From positions 16,910-61,244 of the forward strand of contig DUER01000142.1 in the NCBI GenBank assembly GCA_011192075.1: a stretch of DNA of 44,335 bases, in the 5' to 3' direction. Source of the DNA: Dehalococcoidia bacterium. GTDB lineage: Bacteria; Chloroflexota; Dehalococcoidia; Dehalococcoidales; S120. Shown here piece after piece: positions 26,907 through 35,180 of the stretch. Below the pieces are notes generated by a model, which saw nothing but the letters and a program-made list of their open reading frames with translations, had not been told where the DNA came from and ran no database searches. The position numbers and the translations under genes are program-made. Numbering within the stretch: the first letter of the stretch is position 1; every line of letters begins with the position of its first letter.

Positions 26907-27575
26907 GAGACAGCAATGGCATTTACCTTGAGTCATATACTCTAGAACCTGAAAGGGCAACATGCTGGCTAGCTCCAAGAAGGGGAGCTTATTCTTGGCA
27001 TAACCTAGAGCCCCCATTATCCCCCGGTAAAGGGATTGGCTGGGTCCCATTTGAGCTATATCAGCTTGGAACCGGTTAGTCTTAGCCAAGAATCGTTTCT
27101 CTCCAGTACAATCTAGAGATTCAGCTACAATGCTTGTGTTCAAGCCATGAGTGGTGTCAAAGCAAGGTGTATTGAAAGCGGTCTGGGGATTCGGATTGAG
27201 CCACTGGCTGGTTGTGTCGGTTAGGTATTGGTCTCGCGCCAGAGTAGGAATACTTCTTTCACTCTGGAGAGTGGTGGCTGCCTTATTGTTGTGCTAAATC
27301 ACTACATGCAGGATTACCCAATTGTAGACCGGATTTTGGTGATGTCGGTGAGCTCGCTAATGGCTAGATTTGACATGAACCTCTATATCTCCCTTTATTA
27401 CCCCTACTTTTGTGGCAATAATCGCATCGCTGAAATCAGCACCCCGGTCATCATTACTTCTTCCCGAGTTGATTATCTTTATTGGCTCACTCCCTTCCGT
27501 GGTCAACTCTCTTCTGTTTAGTAGCAGTTGTTACCACAGTTTAATAACTTGACTCTCTGGGAGATTATTTATCAA
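26907..27575 (-). pseudogene. DUF2851-family gene remnant: N-terminal ~220 codons, three in-frame stops, 3' half missing
   Basis: A single frame from TTG (complement 27573-27575) reads LINNLPESQVIKLW*QLLLNRRELTTEGSEPIKIINSGRSNDDRGADFSDAIIATKVGVIKGDIEVHVKSSH*RAHRHHQNPVYNWVILHVVI*HNNK...LYRGIMGALGYAKNKLPFLELASMLP. This matches my recollection of the DUF2851 N-terminal pattern (..vW...lf...L.T..G..i.i..pG..N..GPDF..A.i.....G.vEiH..SSdW..HgH..d..Y..VILHVV). Stops lie at complement 27531-27533 (TAA), 27357-27359 (TAG) and 27294-27296 (TAG). The frame then runs antisense into tsaD. Confidence 0.6.
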
Positions 27576-27604
27576 CTTACCCCTTTAGGTTTTTACTAGG
27601 TAAC

Positions 27605-27688
27605 CCCATCCCCTTTATCCCCTTCCCCTTGGTAAGGGGAAGGGGAATCGGTTTTGTAAGAGGGGTGAAGCCCCTCTTCAACTCTCCT
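27605..27688 (-). repeat. G-rich double-hairpin (REP-like) module, copy 2
   Basis: CCCCTTCCCC (27619-27628) pairs with GGGGAAGGGG (27636-27645). AAGAGGGG (27658-27665) pairs with CCCCTCTT (27671-27678). Paralogous to 6091-6172. Confidence 0.6.
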
Positions 27689-27720
27689 GTTATTAAAACG
27701 CTATCGTGTATCAATCAGCT

Positions 27721-27747
27721 GAGAAAAACGGTTTAGCTAAACCGTCT
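27721..27747 (-). terminator. Rho-independent terminator (minus strand) ~200 nt downstream of the XRE gene
   Basis: Perfect palindrome ACGGTTTAGCTAAACCGT (27728-27745), followed on the minus strand by TTTTTCTC (complement of 27721-27728). Confidence 0.5.
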
Positions 27748-27954
27748 ATTTTACTGCTTATCTATCAAGCAGATGGGTAAACCTTAGGGCATCATCATGC
27801 CTATATCTTGAACTGTGAGAAGTAGTGCTTCATGCACAGAGGGAAAACCACAGCAACCTACCTTGACCCTTTCCATCGTTTATGGTGCCTTATTGGCTTC
27901 GTTTTAGTCAGCTATTCGGTGGAATTGTAAGAATACACGCTACCGTGTATAATA

Positions 27955-28206
27955 TCAAGGTCTTTTTGGTATTTTTGGGGAAGGAATAGCCTGATAATCA
28001 AATTTGGCTCGTTCAGCAATAATAGAAAGCAGAGTGGCCGAGGTACCTCGGGGTTTATACATTCTGGTTTCCCACTCGCTTATTGTTTGCTGGCGGGTGC
28101 CCAGTGTCTCTGCCAGCTGGCGCTGGGTTAGACCTAAATGGTATCTTAAGGCTTGGATGTGCTCACTATCCCATTGGGGTCGGTGCACTTTATACTGTTG
28201 GCTCAT
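27955..28206 (-). CDS. XRE-family helix-turn-helix transcriptional regulator (83 aa)
   Basis: ...IQALRYHLGLTQRQLAETLGTRQQTISEWETRMYKP... is the classic HTH_3/XRE motif. Confidence 0.8.
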   Translation of the reverse strand: MSQQYKVHRPQWDSEHIQALRYHLGLTQRQLAETLGTRQQTISEWETRMYKPRGTSATLLSIIAERAKFDYQAIPSPKIPKRP

Positions 28207-28212
28207 GAGTTA

Positions 28213-28241
28213 ATGCTACGCGATTCAATGTAAATTGTCAA
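28213..28241 (-). promoter_or_regulatory. Candidate promoter for the XRE gene, implying a leaderless mRNA (TTGACA-17-TAGCAT-6-ATG)
   Basis: Minus strand: TTGACA (complement 28236-28241), 17-nt spacer, TAGCAT (complement 28213-28218), then only 6 nt before the ATG at 28206. No SD is present. Confidence 0.4.
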
Positions 28242-28372
28242 AATGGCAGGGTATATTTACTAAAAATAGAGATATATACAGAAAAATGAATGTATAATGG
28301 AGGTAGGAAGCATTATACTATAAAATAAACCTGTCAGTTACCACCATTAGCTGTGAATGGTTATATATAGAG

Positions 28373-28401
28373 TTGCGGCTTTTGCCTATGTGCGCTATCA
28401 T
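28373..28401 (+). promoter_or_regulatory. Candidate groESL promoter (TTGCGG-17-TATCAT) immediately upstream of CIRCE
   Basis: TTGCGG at 28373-28378, 17-nt spacer, TATCAT at 28396-28401. CIRCE starts 4 nt later, the classic arrangement. Confidence 0.35.
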
Positions 28402-28404
28402 ATA

Positions 28405-28431
28405 TTAGCAGTCTCAGGGTGAGAGTGCTAA
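28405..28431 (+). promoter_or_regulatory. CIRCE operator (HrcA binding site)
   Basis: TTAGCAGTC-TCAGGGTGA-GAGTGCTAA against the consensus TTAGCACTC-N9-GAGTGCTAA, 50 nt upstream of groES. Confidence 0.85.
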
Positions 28432-28480
28432 TATATTAAGCCTGTAGCAGGTTAGTTTAAAAAAAGGAAGGAGGATTAGA

Positions 28481-28777
28481 ATGGCGGTTAAGCTTGAACC
28501 ATTGGCTGACCGGTTGGTAGTCAAGCCCATTGAAAGGGAGGAGATGACCAAGAGTGGCATTGTTCTTCCCGATACGGCTAGGGAGAGACCCCAAGAAGGG
28601 GAGGTTATTGCTGTTGGACCGGGGAGGTTATCTGAGGATGGGAAACGGATAGCTATGGATGTTAAGGTGGGTGATAGGGTGGTTTATGCTAAGTATGGGG
28701 GTACTGAGATCAAGATTGAGGATGAGGAGTTGGTGATTTTGCGCGAGAGCGATATTTTGGCTAAGAAGACCAAGTAA
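28481..28777 (+). CDS. groES: Co-chaperonin GroES
   Basis: [46 protein letters not shown]... Confidence 0.97.
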   Translation: MAVKLEPLADRLVVKPIEREEMTKSGIVLPDTARERPQEGEVIAVGPGRLSEDGKRIAMDVKVGDRVVYAKYGGTEIKIEDEELVILRESDILAKKTK

Positions 28778-28809
28778 CAATTCAAGTTAATATATTATAG
28801 GAGGGGAAA

Positions 28810-30441
28810 ATGGCAAAACAGATTATATTTGATGAGGAAGTTAGGCATTCTATAAGGAAGGGAATAGATGCTCTGGTTGATGCCGTCAAGGTGACCTTGG
28901 GACCTAAGGGACATTGCGTGGCGCTGGATAAAAAATGGGGTGCCCCGTCAGTGATTGATGATGGGGTTACCATCGCCAAGGAAATTGAGCTTCCTGACCC
29001 TTTTGAGAATATGGGTGTTCAGCTGGTTAAGGAAGCAGCCACTAAGACCAACGATGCCTGTGGTGATGGTACTACTACATCTACTATTCTAGCTCATGCC
29101 ATTATTTCTGAGGGCTTTAAGAATATAGCCGCCGGTGCCGATGCCATGGAGCTAAAGAGAGGCATTGAGAAGGGAACCACGGCTATTATTAATGAGCTTA
29201 AACGAGTATCAACTGAGGTAAAGGGTAAGGCGCAGATTTCTCAAGTAGGTACAATCACGGCGGTCGACAAAGAGATTGGCGATTTAATTGCCGATGTAAT
29301 GGAGAAGGTAGGTAAGGACGGGGTTATCACTGTTGAGGAGTCCAAGGGGATAAAGTATGAGACCGAGTATGTGGAGGGAATGCAATTTGACCGTGGTTAT
29401 ATTAGCCCCTATCTCGTCACCAATGCCGAGAAGATGGAAACGGTAATAGACGACCCCTACATTCTTATTACTGACAAGAAAATCTCGGCTGTGGCTGACC
29501 TTCTGCCGGCTCTGGAAAAAATACTCCAGATGTCAAAGAACCTGCTTATTATTGCTGAGGATGTGGATGGTGAGGCATTAGCTACCCTGGTGGTCAATAA
29601 GCTACGGGGTACTCTAAACATTCTAGCAATTAAAGCTCCCGGCTTTGGGGATAGGCGGAAAGCGATGCTGGAAGATATAGCGATTCTTACCGGTGGTCAG
29701 GTGATTTCAGAGGAGGTGGGACGTAAGCTAGACTCGGTCACTGTGGAAGACTTGGGTAGGGCTCGCCGGGTAACGGCTGATAAGGATAAGACTACCCTTG
29801 TTGAGGGCAAAGGTTCAGACGAGGCGATTAAGGCTAGAATCAGGCAGATTAAGGCTCAAATAGAGGAGACAACCTCCGACTTTGACCGGGAGAAACTCCA
29901 GGAGAGGCAGGCCAAGCTGGTAGGTGGGGTAGCCGTAATTAAGGTAGGAGCCGCTACTGAGGTTGAGCTTAAGGAGAGGAAACACCGGGTTGAGGATGCG
30001 TTATCGGCTACCCGGGCAGCGGTAGAGGAAGGTATCCTGCCTGGTGGCGGTGTTGCTCTGCTCAGGGCCACTTCAGTTCTAGATAAGCTGGAGGCTAGTG
30101 GTGATGAAGCCACTGGAATTAATATTATAAAGAAGGCTGTGGAGGAGCCGATTCGTTGGATTGCTATAAATGCTGGTCGTGATGGTTCGGTGATAGTGGA
30201 TGCGGTTAAGAAGAGCTCAGTCGGGGTCGGCTATGATGCTGCGGCCGATGACTTTGGTGATATGGTGGAAAAGGGTGTTATCGACCCAACCAAGGTGGTG
30301 AGGTCTGCCCTGGAAAATGCATCTAGCATTGGCGCTATGGTCTTAATTACTGAATCACTAGTTAGTGATATCCCAGAGAAAGAGAAGATGTCGGCAATGC
30401 CAGCGGGTGGCATGGGTGGCATGGGTGGCATGGATTACTAA
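28810..30441 (+). CDS. groEL: Chaperonin GroEL
   Basis: [11 protein letters not shown]......[15 protein letters not shown]......G.P....DGVT.AKEIEL... through the C-terminal [11 protein letters not shown] tail. Confidence 0.97.
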   Translation: MAKQIIFDEEVRHSIRKGIDALVDAVKVTLGPKGHCVALDKKWGAPSVIDDGVTIAKEIELPDPFENMGVQLVKEAATKTNDACGDGTTTSTILAHAIISEGFKNIAAGADAMELKRGIEKGTTAIINELKRVSTEVKGKAQISQVGTITAVDKEIGDLIADVMEKVGKDGVITVEESKGIKYETEYVEGMQFDRGYISPYLVTNAEKMETVIDDPYILITDKKISAVADLLPALEKILQMSKNLLIIAEDVDGEALATLVVNKLRGTLNILAIKAPGFGDRRKAMLEDIAILTGGQVISEEVGRKLDSVTVEDLGRARRVTADKDKTTLVEGKGSDEAIKARIRQIKAQIEETTSDFDREKLQERQAKLVGGVAVIKVGAATEVELKERKHRVEDALSATRAAVEEGILPGGGVALLRATSVLDKLEASGDEATGINIIKKAVEEPIRWIAINAGRDGSVIVDAVKKSSVGVGYDAAADDFGDMVEKGVIDPTKVVRSALENASSIGAMVLITESLVSDIPEKEKMSAMPAGGMGGMGGMDY

Positions 30442-30461
30442 GAGCAGTTTAGCTTAGATAT

Positions 30462-30501
30462 ATTTCCCCTCCTCCACCAAAGGGGGAGGGGAAATGTTTT
30501 T
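30462..30501. terminator. Hairpin terminator between convergent groEL and the M16 peptidase gene
   Basis: ATTTCCCCTCC (30462-30472) pairs with GGAGGGGAAAT (30485-30495), followed by GTTTTT. Confidence 0.6.
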
Positions 30502-30521
30502 AGTGGGGATAAAGCTCTATA

Positions 30522-31784
30522 TCATAACTTCAGTAGTTCCTCCAAAGGCTCGTCGTTGGCGATAGGACCAACCACAGCCAGGTGGAGCTGACTGTCTATT
30601 ATTAGCTCTTGGGCTACCCGTCTAAGCTCGTCAGCGGTAACGGCATCAATAATGGACTCTACCTGCTCAATGTTAAGGACGTGGTCAGTAAGAATTTCTT
30701 GTCCACCCATCCAGCCGGCAACATTGCGGCTATCCTCCATGCGTAGCCATAGACGTCCTTTTGATAATTCCTTTGCCTTGGACAATTCAGAGTCAGGGAC
30801 TGGTTCTTTGAGTCTGGCGAGTTGCTCCAGAATGGCTTTAATAGCTGTGGTCAGTTTCTTGGGTTCTAGCCCGGCGTAGACAGTAATTGAGCCTGAGTCC
30901 AGGAAGTGCTCTGTATAGCTATGAATGTTATAGGTGAGTCCTAGCTTGTCCCGAATTTCGGTAAACAAACGGCTGCTTGTGCCCTCTCCTAGGATGACAT
31001 TAAGCAGGTCAAGGGTGAAGCGCTTGGGGTGGAGGAGTGATAGGCCGGGTAGTGCCAGGCAGAGGTGTGCTTGCTCGGTGTCCCTTGTCTCAATGTGTAG
31101 CCGCTGAGATGGTTGTTCCTCATAAGCTGAATATCCGGATGGCTGCTGGCGGCTGGTCCAGTCGCCTAAGGCTTGGCTAACAGCAGTTACTATCTCCTGA
31201 TGCTGCATATTACCAGCGATGCTGACTACTGTTTTATTGGGTAGATATTGCTCTTGAAGGTAGTCAAGCATTTTGTCTCTGTTGATAGCCGCCACTGATT
31301 CCTTGCTGCCAGCTATATCACGTCCCAGAGGATGATTAGGCCATAGAAGCTGGTCAATGAGCATATCAACCCATTGTGGCGGGTAATCTTGGCTCATGTT
31401 AATCTCTTCAATGATAACTTGGCGTTCCTTTTCTATTTCTACCGGGTCAAACTTGGAATGGAGGAGCATGTCTGCCAGCACATCCAGGGTTAGGGAGAAG
31501 TGGGGCTGAGCTACCTTACACCAGTATAAGGTTAGTTCCTTGTCAGTGCCCCCGTTAAGGATTCCGCCAACTCCTTCTATTGCCTCCGAGATTTCTCTAG
31601 ACGTTGGTCGCTTCTCGGTGCCCTTGAAACAGAGGTGCTCAATGAAGTGTGAGATGCCGGCTTCGACCTCAGTCTCGTATCGGGAACCGACACCGATAAA
31701 GATACAGATGGATACCGAGCGAGTATGAGGCATAGTGGCGGTGATAATACGCAGCCCGTTATCCAGTGTGGTCTTTTGGTACAA
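30522..31784 (-). CDS. M16-family (pitrilysin-like) zinc peptidase
   Basis: TTLDNGLRI..., inverted zinc motif HFIEHLCFKGT (HxxEH), 420 aa with two M16 halves. TTG start. Confidence 0.85.
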   Translation of the reverse strand: MYQKTTLDNGLRIITATMPHTRSVSICIFIGVGSRYETEVEAGISHFIEHLCFKGTEKRPTSREISEAIEGVGGILNGGTDKELTLYWCKVAQPHFSLTLDVLADMLLHSKFDPVEIEKERQVIIEEINMSQDYPPQWVDMLIDQLLWPNHPLGRDIAGSKESVAAINRDKMLDYLQEQYLPNKTVVSIAGNMQHQEIVTAVSQALGDWTSRQQPSGYSAYEEQPSQRLHIETRDTEQAHLCLALPGLSLLHPKRFTLDLLNVILGEGTSSRLFTEIRDKLGLTYNIHSYTEHFLDSGSITVYAGLEPKKLTTAIKAILEQLARLKEPVPDSELSKAKELSKGRLWLRMEDSRNVAGWMGGQEILTDHVLNIEQVESIIDAVTADELRRVAQELIIDSQLHLAVVGPIANDEPLEELLKL

Positions 31785-31815
31785 TATACTACTTCCTCTA
31801 GTTGTATTAGATGAT

Positions 31816-31845
31816 ATTCTAGCCGTATTCCTGCTTTGGTGTCAA
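31816..31845 (-). promoter_or_regulatory. Candidate promoter for the M16 peptidase gene (TTGACA-18-TAGAAT)
   Basis: Minus strand: TTGACA (complement 31840-31845), 18-nt spacer, TAGAAT (complement 31816-31821). Confidence 0.35.
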
Positions 31846-31858
31846 TTTAAGGGTGTCT

Positions 31859-31936
31859 AAGAGGGGCGAAGCTCCTTTTTTTAATATACTTCCCCCTCAT
31901 GCTAAGAATATATCTCCATATTATGGAGAGGGGGAA
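31859..31936 (+). repeat. G-rich double-hairpin module, degenerate copy 4
   Basis: AAGAGGGGCGAAGCTCCTT (imperfect hairpin A), then TTCCCCCTC (31890-31898) pairs with GAGGGGGAA (31928-31936) around a long loop. Confidence 0.45.
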
Positions 31937-31974
31937 AAAGGGGATGAGGTATATAATCTCGTAAATATAGTTAC

Positions 31975-32003
31975 TTGCTGTATCTATAAACTATGGTTAT
32001 AAT
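31975..32003 (+). promoter_or_regulatory. Candidate promoter for the EF-G paralog (TTGCTG-17-TATAAT)
   Basis: TTGCTG at 31975-31980, 17-nt spacer, TATAAT at 31998-32003, 33 nt upstream of the ATG. Confidence 0.4.
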
Positions 32004-32036
32004 AATCAATGGATACTAAAGAGAGCGGGTGGTTAT

Positions 32037-34103
32037 ATGGAGCAATACGGACTAGAGAATATTCGCAACCTTGTTATGTTGTCTCATTCTGGTGCTGGTA
32101 AGACGTCGCTGTCAGAAGCAATCTTGTTCACTGCTGGGGTAATTAACCGGCTGGGTAAAGTTGATGATGGCAGCACTACTTCAGATTATGACCTCGATGA
32201 AATAAAGCGTAAGATTAGCATTAATCTGACGCTACTTCCCTGCCCGTGGAAGGGGACTAAGCTTAATCTTATTGATACTCCCGGTTATTCTGATTTTGTT
32301 GGTGAGGTCAAGGCGGCAATACGGGTTAGTGAGGGGGCAATAATTGTGCTCTGCGCTGCCTCTGGTGTTGAAGTCGGCAGTGAGCAGGTCTGGGCATATA
32401 GTGACGAAGCCGACCTTTCCCGTTTTATCTTTATTAACAAGATGGACCGTGAGAATGCTGACTTCAACCGAACCGTCGATGAGCTGCGCTCAAAATTTGG
32501 CTCTAAATGCGTACCAGTCCAGTTACCCATAGGTGCACAGGATAATTTCCAGGGGATAGTTGACTTGTTGGCATTGAAAAGCTATATCGGCTCCGAGATG
32601 AAGGAGAGCGAGATACCATCTTCACTGCAAAGCGAGGTCAATTCTTTTCGTAACCAACTGGTGGAGGCAGTAGCTGAAACTGATGACAAGCTACTGGAGA
32701 AGTATCTGGAGGGCGAAGAACTCAGCCTGGAGGAGCTTGGTGAAGGCTTGCAACGGGCGGTAGTAACTGGTAGGATTGTGCCCGTTTTGGTTGGCTCAGC
32801 TCTGCAGAATGTAGGCATTACTTTGCTTCTGGACGCTGCATGTAAATATTTACCATCACCAAAAGAACGAGATGTAGTTATCGTTGACGCCTCAGTTGAA
32901 CAAGGTATGCGCCGGGTTGAGCCAAGTCAGGATGCCCCCTTATCGGCTCTGGTGTTTAAGACTAGCGCTGACCCCTATGTCGGTAAACTTACCTACCTTC
33001 GGGTTTACACTGGTGCTGTTGATAGTAATTCTCAAGTGTGGAATGCTACACAAGGTGGGTTAGAGCGCATAGGTCAGCTATTCATTCTGAGAGGCAAGGT
33101 CCAGGAGCCAGTATCTCAACTTAATGCTGGGGATATAGGGGCGGTAGCCAAATTGAGCCTAACTGGTACCGGGGATACATTGGGCATTCGAGATAACCCG
33201 GTGAGAATTGCGTCTATTCTATTCCCCGGGGCGGCTTTTAGTAAGGCGGTTTATCCTAAGACCAAGACTGACCTGGATAAGTTGGGAGCAGCATTATCTC
33301 GGCTATCTGAGGAGGACCCTACCCTTGAGCTGCGTCGGGAGACTGATACCGGTGAGACCATTCTATCAGGGCTTGGCGAGACTCACCTTGATGTAGCCGC
33401 TGAGAAGATGTTGCGTAAATTTGGTGTCAGTGTTGAGCTGGGAACTCCCAAGGTTCCATATAAAGAGACTATCACTATGCCAGCTAAGGCTGAATATAAG
33501 CATAAGAAGCAAACAGGAGGGCATGGTCAATACGGGCATGTTCGTTTGTCGCTGGAGCCTTTACCGCGTGGTAGCGGTTCCGAATTTGTCGATAAGATAG
33601 TGGGTGGGGTCATACCTAAGAATTACATCCCATCGGTTGAGAAGGGGGTTAATGAAGCCATACAGGAGGGGGTTCTGGGCGGCTATCCTGTTGTTGACAT
33701 AAAGGCAACGGTCTACGATGGCAGCTTTCATCAGGTTGATTCTTCAGATATATGTTTCAAGATTGCCGGGGCACAAGCGTTAAAGAAGGGATTATCTCAA
33801 GGGCAACCAATTCTGCTGGAGCCGATAATGAATATGGAGGTAACTGTTCCCGAGGAGTTCACCGGTGATATTATTAGTGACCTCAATACAAAGCGAGCCC
33901 GGGTGCAAGGAATGAACCCTGGGGGTGGAATCAATGTTATTGAGGCTCAAGTGCCCCAGGCTGAAATCTTACGCTATGCCATAGACCTCAAGTCAATAAC
34001 TCAGGGTAGGGGAAACCATACTGTTGAGTTCAGCCACTATGAAGAGGCACCGTCTCATATCACACAAAAGGTTATTGCTGAAAGGCAAACCAAGAAAGCT
34101 TAG
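32037..34103 (+). CDS. Elongation factor G paralog (EF-G2-like translational GTPase)
   Basis: 688 aa. G-motifs SHSGAGKTS / DTPGYSDF / NKMD, five-domain EF-G length, domain IV loop GSFHQVDSS. Stand-alone, not in a str operon context. Confidence 0.85.
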   Translation: MEQYGLENIRNLVMLSHSGAGKTSLSEAILFTAGVINRLGKVDDGSTTSDYDLDEIKRKISINLTLLPCPWKGTKLNLIDTPGYSDFVGEVKAAIRVSEGAIIVLCAASGVEVGSEQVWAYSDEADLSRFIFINKMDRENADFNRTVDELRSKFGSKCVPVQLPIGAQDNFQGIVDLLALKSYIGSEMKESEIPSSLQSEVNSFRNQLVEAVAETDDKLLEKYLEGEELSLEELGEGLQRAVVTGRIVPVLVGSALQNVGITLLLDAACKYLPSPKERDVVIVDASVEQGMRRVEPSQDAPLSALVFKTSADPYVGKLTYLRVYTGAVDSNSQVWNATQGGLERIGQLFILRGKVQEPVSQLNAGDIGAVAKLSLTGTGDTLGIRDNPVRIASILFPGAAFSKAVYPKTKTDLDKLGAALSRLSEEDPTLELRRETDTGETILSGLGETHLDVAAEKMLRKFGVSVELGTPKVPYKETITMPAKAEYKHKKQTGGHGQYGHVRLSLEPLPRGSGSEFVDKIVGGVIPKNYIPSVEKGVNEAIQEGVLGGYPVVDIKATVYDGSFHQVDSSDICFKIAGAQALKKGLSQGQPILLEPIMNMEVTVPEEFTGDIISDLNTKRARVQGMNPGGGINVIEAQVPQAEILRYAIDLKSITQGRGNHTVEFSHYEEAPSHITQKVIAERQTKKA

Positions 34104-34105
34104 CT

Positions 34106-35104
34106 TTATCCCGCTAGAAGCTCCTTAACCTTACTGGTGAAGGATGGTATTACCTTTCTCCAGTCTCCGACTACAGCAAAACGGGCTCGCTTAACTATGT
34201 TCGCCTCAGGGTCTTTATTGATAGCCACAATGGTTTTGGAACCGGAACAGCCAGACATGTGCTGGCTGGAACCAGAAAGAGCTACTGCAATGTAGAGGTC
34301 AGGAGTAACAATTTTACCGGTAAGCCCTACTTGCAGTCCGGTGGCAACCCAATCATTGTCACAAGGAGGTCGGCTAGCCCCTACCGCCCCTTTGAGTATT
34401 TTAGCTAGCTCTTCTAATTGTTTAAAACCATCAGCACTGCCAATACCTCTACCTCCGCTAACTATTACTGTAGCATCCTCCAGCTTAACCCCTTCTATCT
34501 CCTCTTTTACCTTCTCCAGCACCTTGGTCCTTATCACTGATGGGTCTAGCCCGGCGTCAATAGTAATTACTTCCCCTTGCCTTGAGGCATCTAGCTCTAA
34601 CGGTGTCATGGCTTTGACCCTAACGGTAACAATTTGCGGGTTACACTCAGTGGTGGAGATGGCATAGGCGTTCCCGCCATATACTGGTTTGGTTTGTAGT
34701 AGTCGCTTTGAATCAGGGTCAATAGCCAGCTCCAGGCAGTCCAGGGAGACGGCTGTCTCCAGCCTGAAGGCTAGCTTGGGTGCCAGGTCGCGACCGGTAG
34801 TGGTCTGTCCCAGAATGAGGATTTGGGGCATTGCTTGCTTAACTACCTTTTCCATCACAGATACGTAAGAATCTGTTTGGTAGTCTTGAAGTAGCGGGTC
34901 ATCAACTACATATACCTTGTCGGCACCAAAGGCAATTGCTTCTTGAACTAAGTTACTTATTCCACTACCAACCAGCACCGCAGATAATTCCTGTCCTAGG
35001 TCGTCAGCCAGCTTTCGACCACAGCCCAGTATTTCGGTAGCAATTGCCGCTAGCTTCCCTTCGCTAACCTCGATACAAGCCATAACACCTTTAGATTCAG
35101 CCAT
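34106..35104 (-). CDS. etfA: Electron transfer flavoprotein alpha subunit
   Basis: ...VSGGRG.GS...F..L.ELA..L.GAVGASR......W......VG.TGK.V.P.LYIA..ISG..QH..G. ATG 35104 is preferred over 35128 because AAGGAGG lies 8 nt upstream. Confidence 0.9.
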   Translation of the reverse strand: MAESKGVMACIEVSEGKLAAIATEILGCGRKLADDLGQELSAVLVGSGISNLVQEAIAFGADKVYVVDDPLLQDYQTDSYVSVMEKVVKQAMPQILILGQTTTGRDLAPKLAFRLETAVSLDCLELAIDPDSKRLLQTKPVYGGNAYAISTTECNPQIVTVRVKAMTPLELDASRQGEVITIDAGLDPSVIRTKVLEKVKEEIEGVKLEDATVIVSGGRGIGSADGFKQLEELAKILKGAVGASRPPCDNDWVATGLQVGLTGKIVTPDLYIAVALSGSSQHMSGCSGSKTIVAINKDPEANIVKRARFAVVGDWRKVIPSFTSKVKELLAG

Positions 35105-35180
35105 AAGATTTGCCTCCTTTGTTAACATAACTCGAATAACAATTCAAAGCTAACTAGATATGAATTGTTTCACTAAAATT

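Noticed and set aside
26796-27143. 115-aa minus-strand ORF from the track
   Set aside because: Its 5' two-thirds is the last open segment of the DUF2851 pseudogene. Its 3' 110 nt is antisense to the conserved C-terminus of tsaD and is not DUF2851-like. It is not an independent gene.
27228-27521. 97-aa plus-strand ORF
   Set aside because: It is antisense to the recognisable DUF2851 frame, has no SD and resembles no family. It is a shadow ORF.
27294-27533. In-frame TAA/TAG codons in the DUF2851 frame as evidence of stop-codon reassignment or programmed read-through
   Set aside because: A normal RF1 (PTT motif, reads UAG/UAA) is encoded in the same window. TAA and TAG terminate many well-defined genes here (groEL, tsaD, thiE and others). 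The DUF2851 frame also lacks its 3' half. A pseudogene is the simpler reading.
28004-28213. 69-aa plus-strand ORF antisense to the XRE gene
   Set aside because: It is Trp/Cys/Arg-rich shadow translation of the HTH gene with no SD. The plus-strand promoter-like signal at 27925-27953 is discussed as a possible antisense RNA, not as a protein gene.
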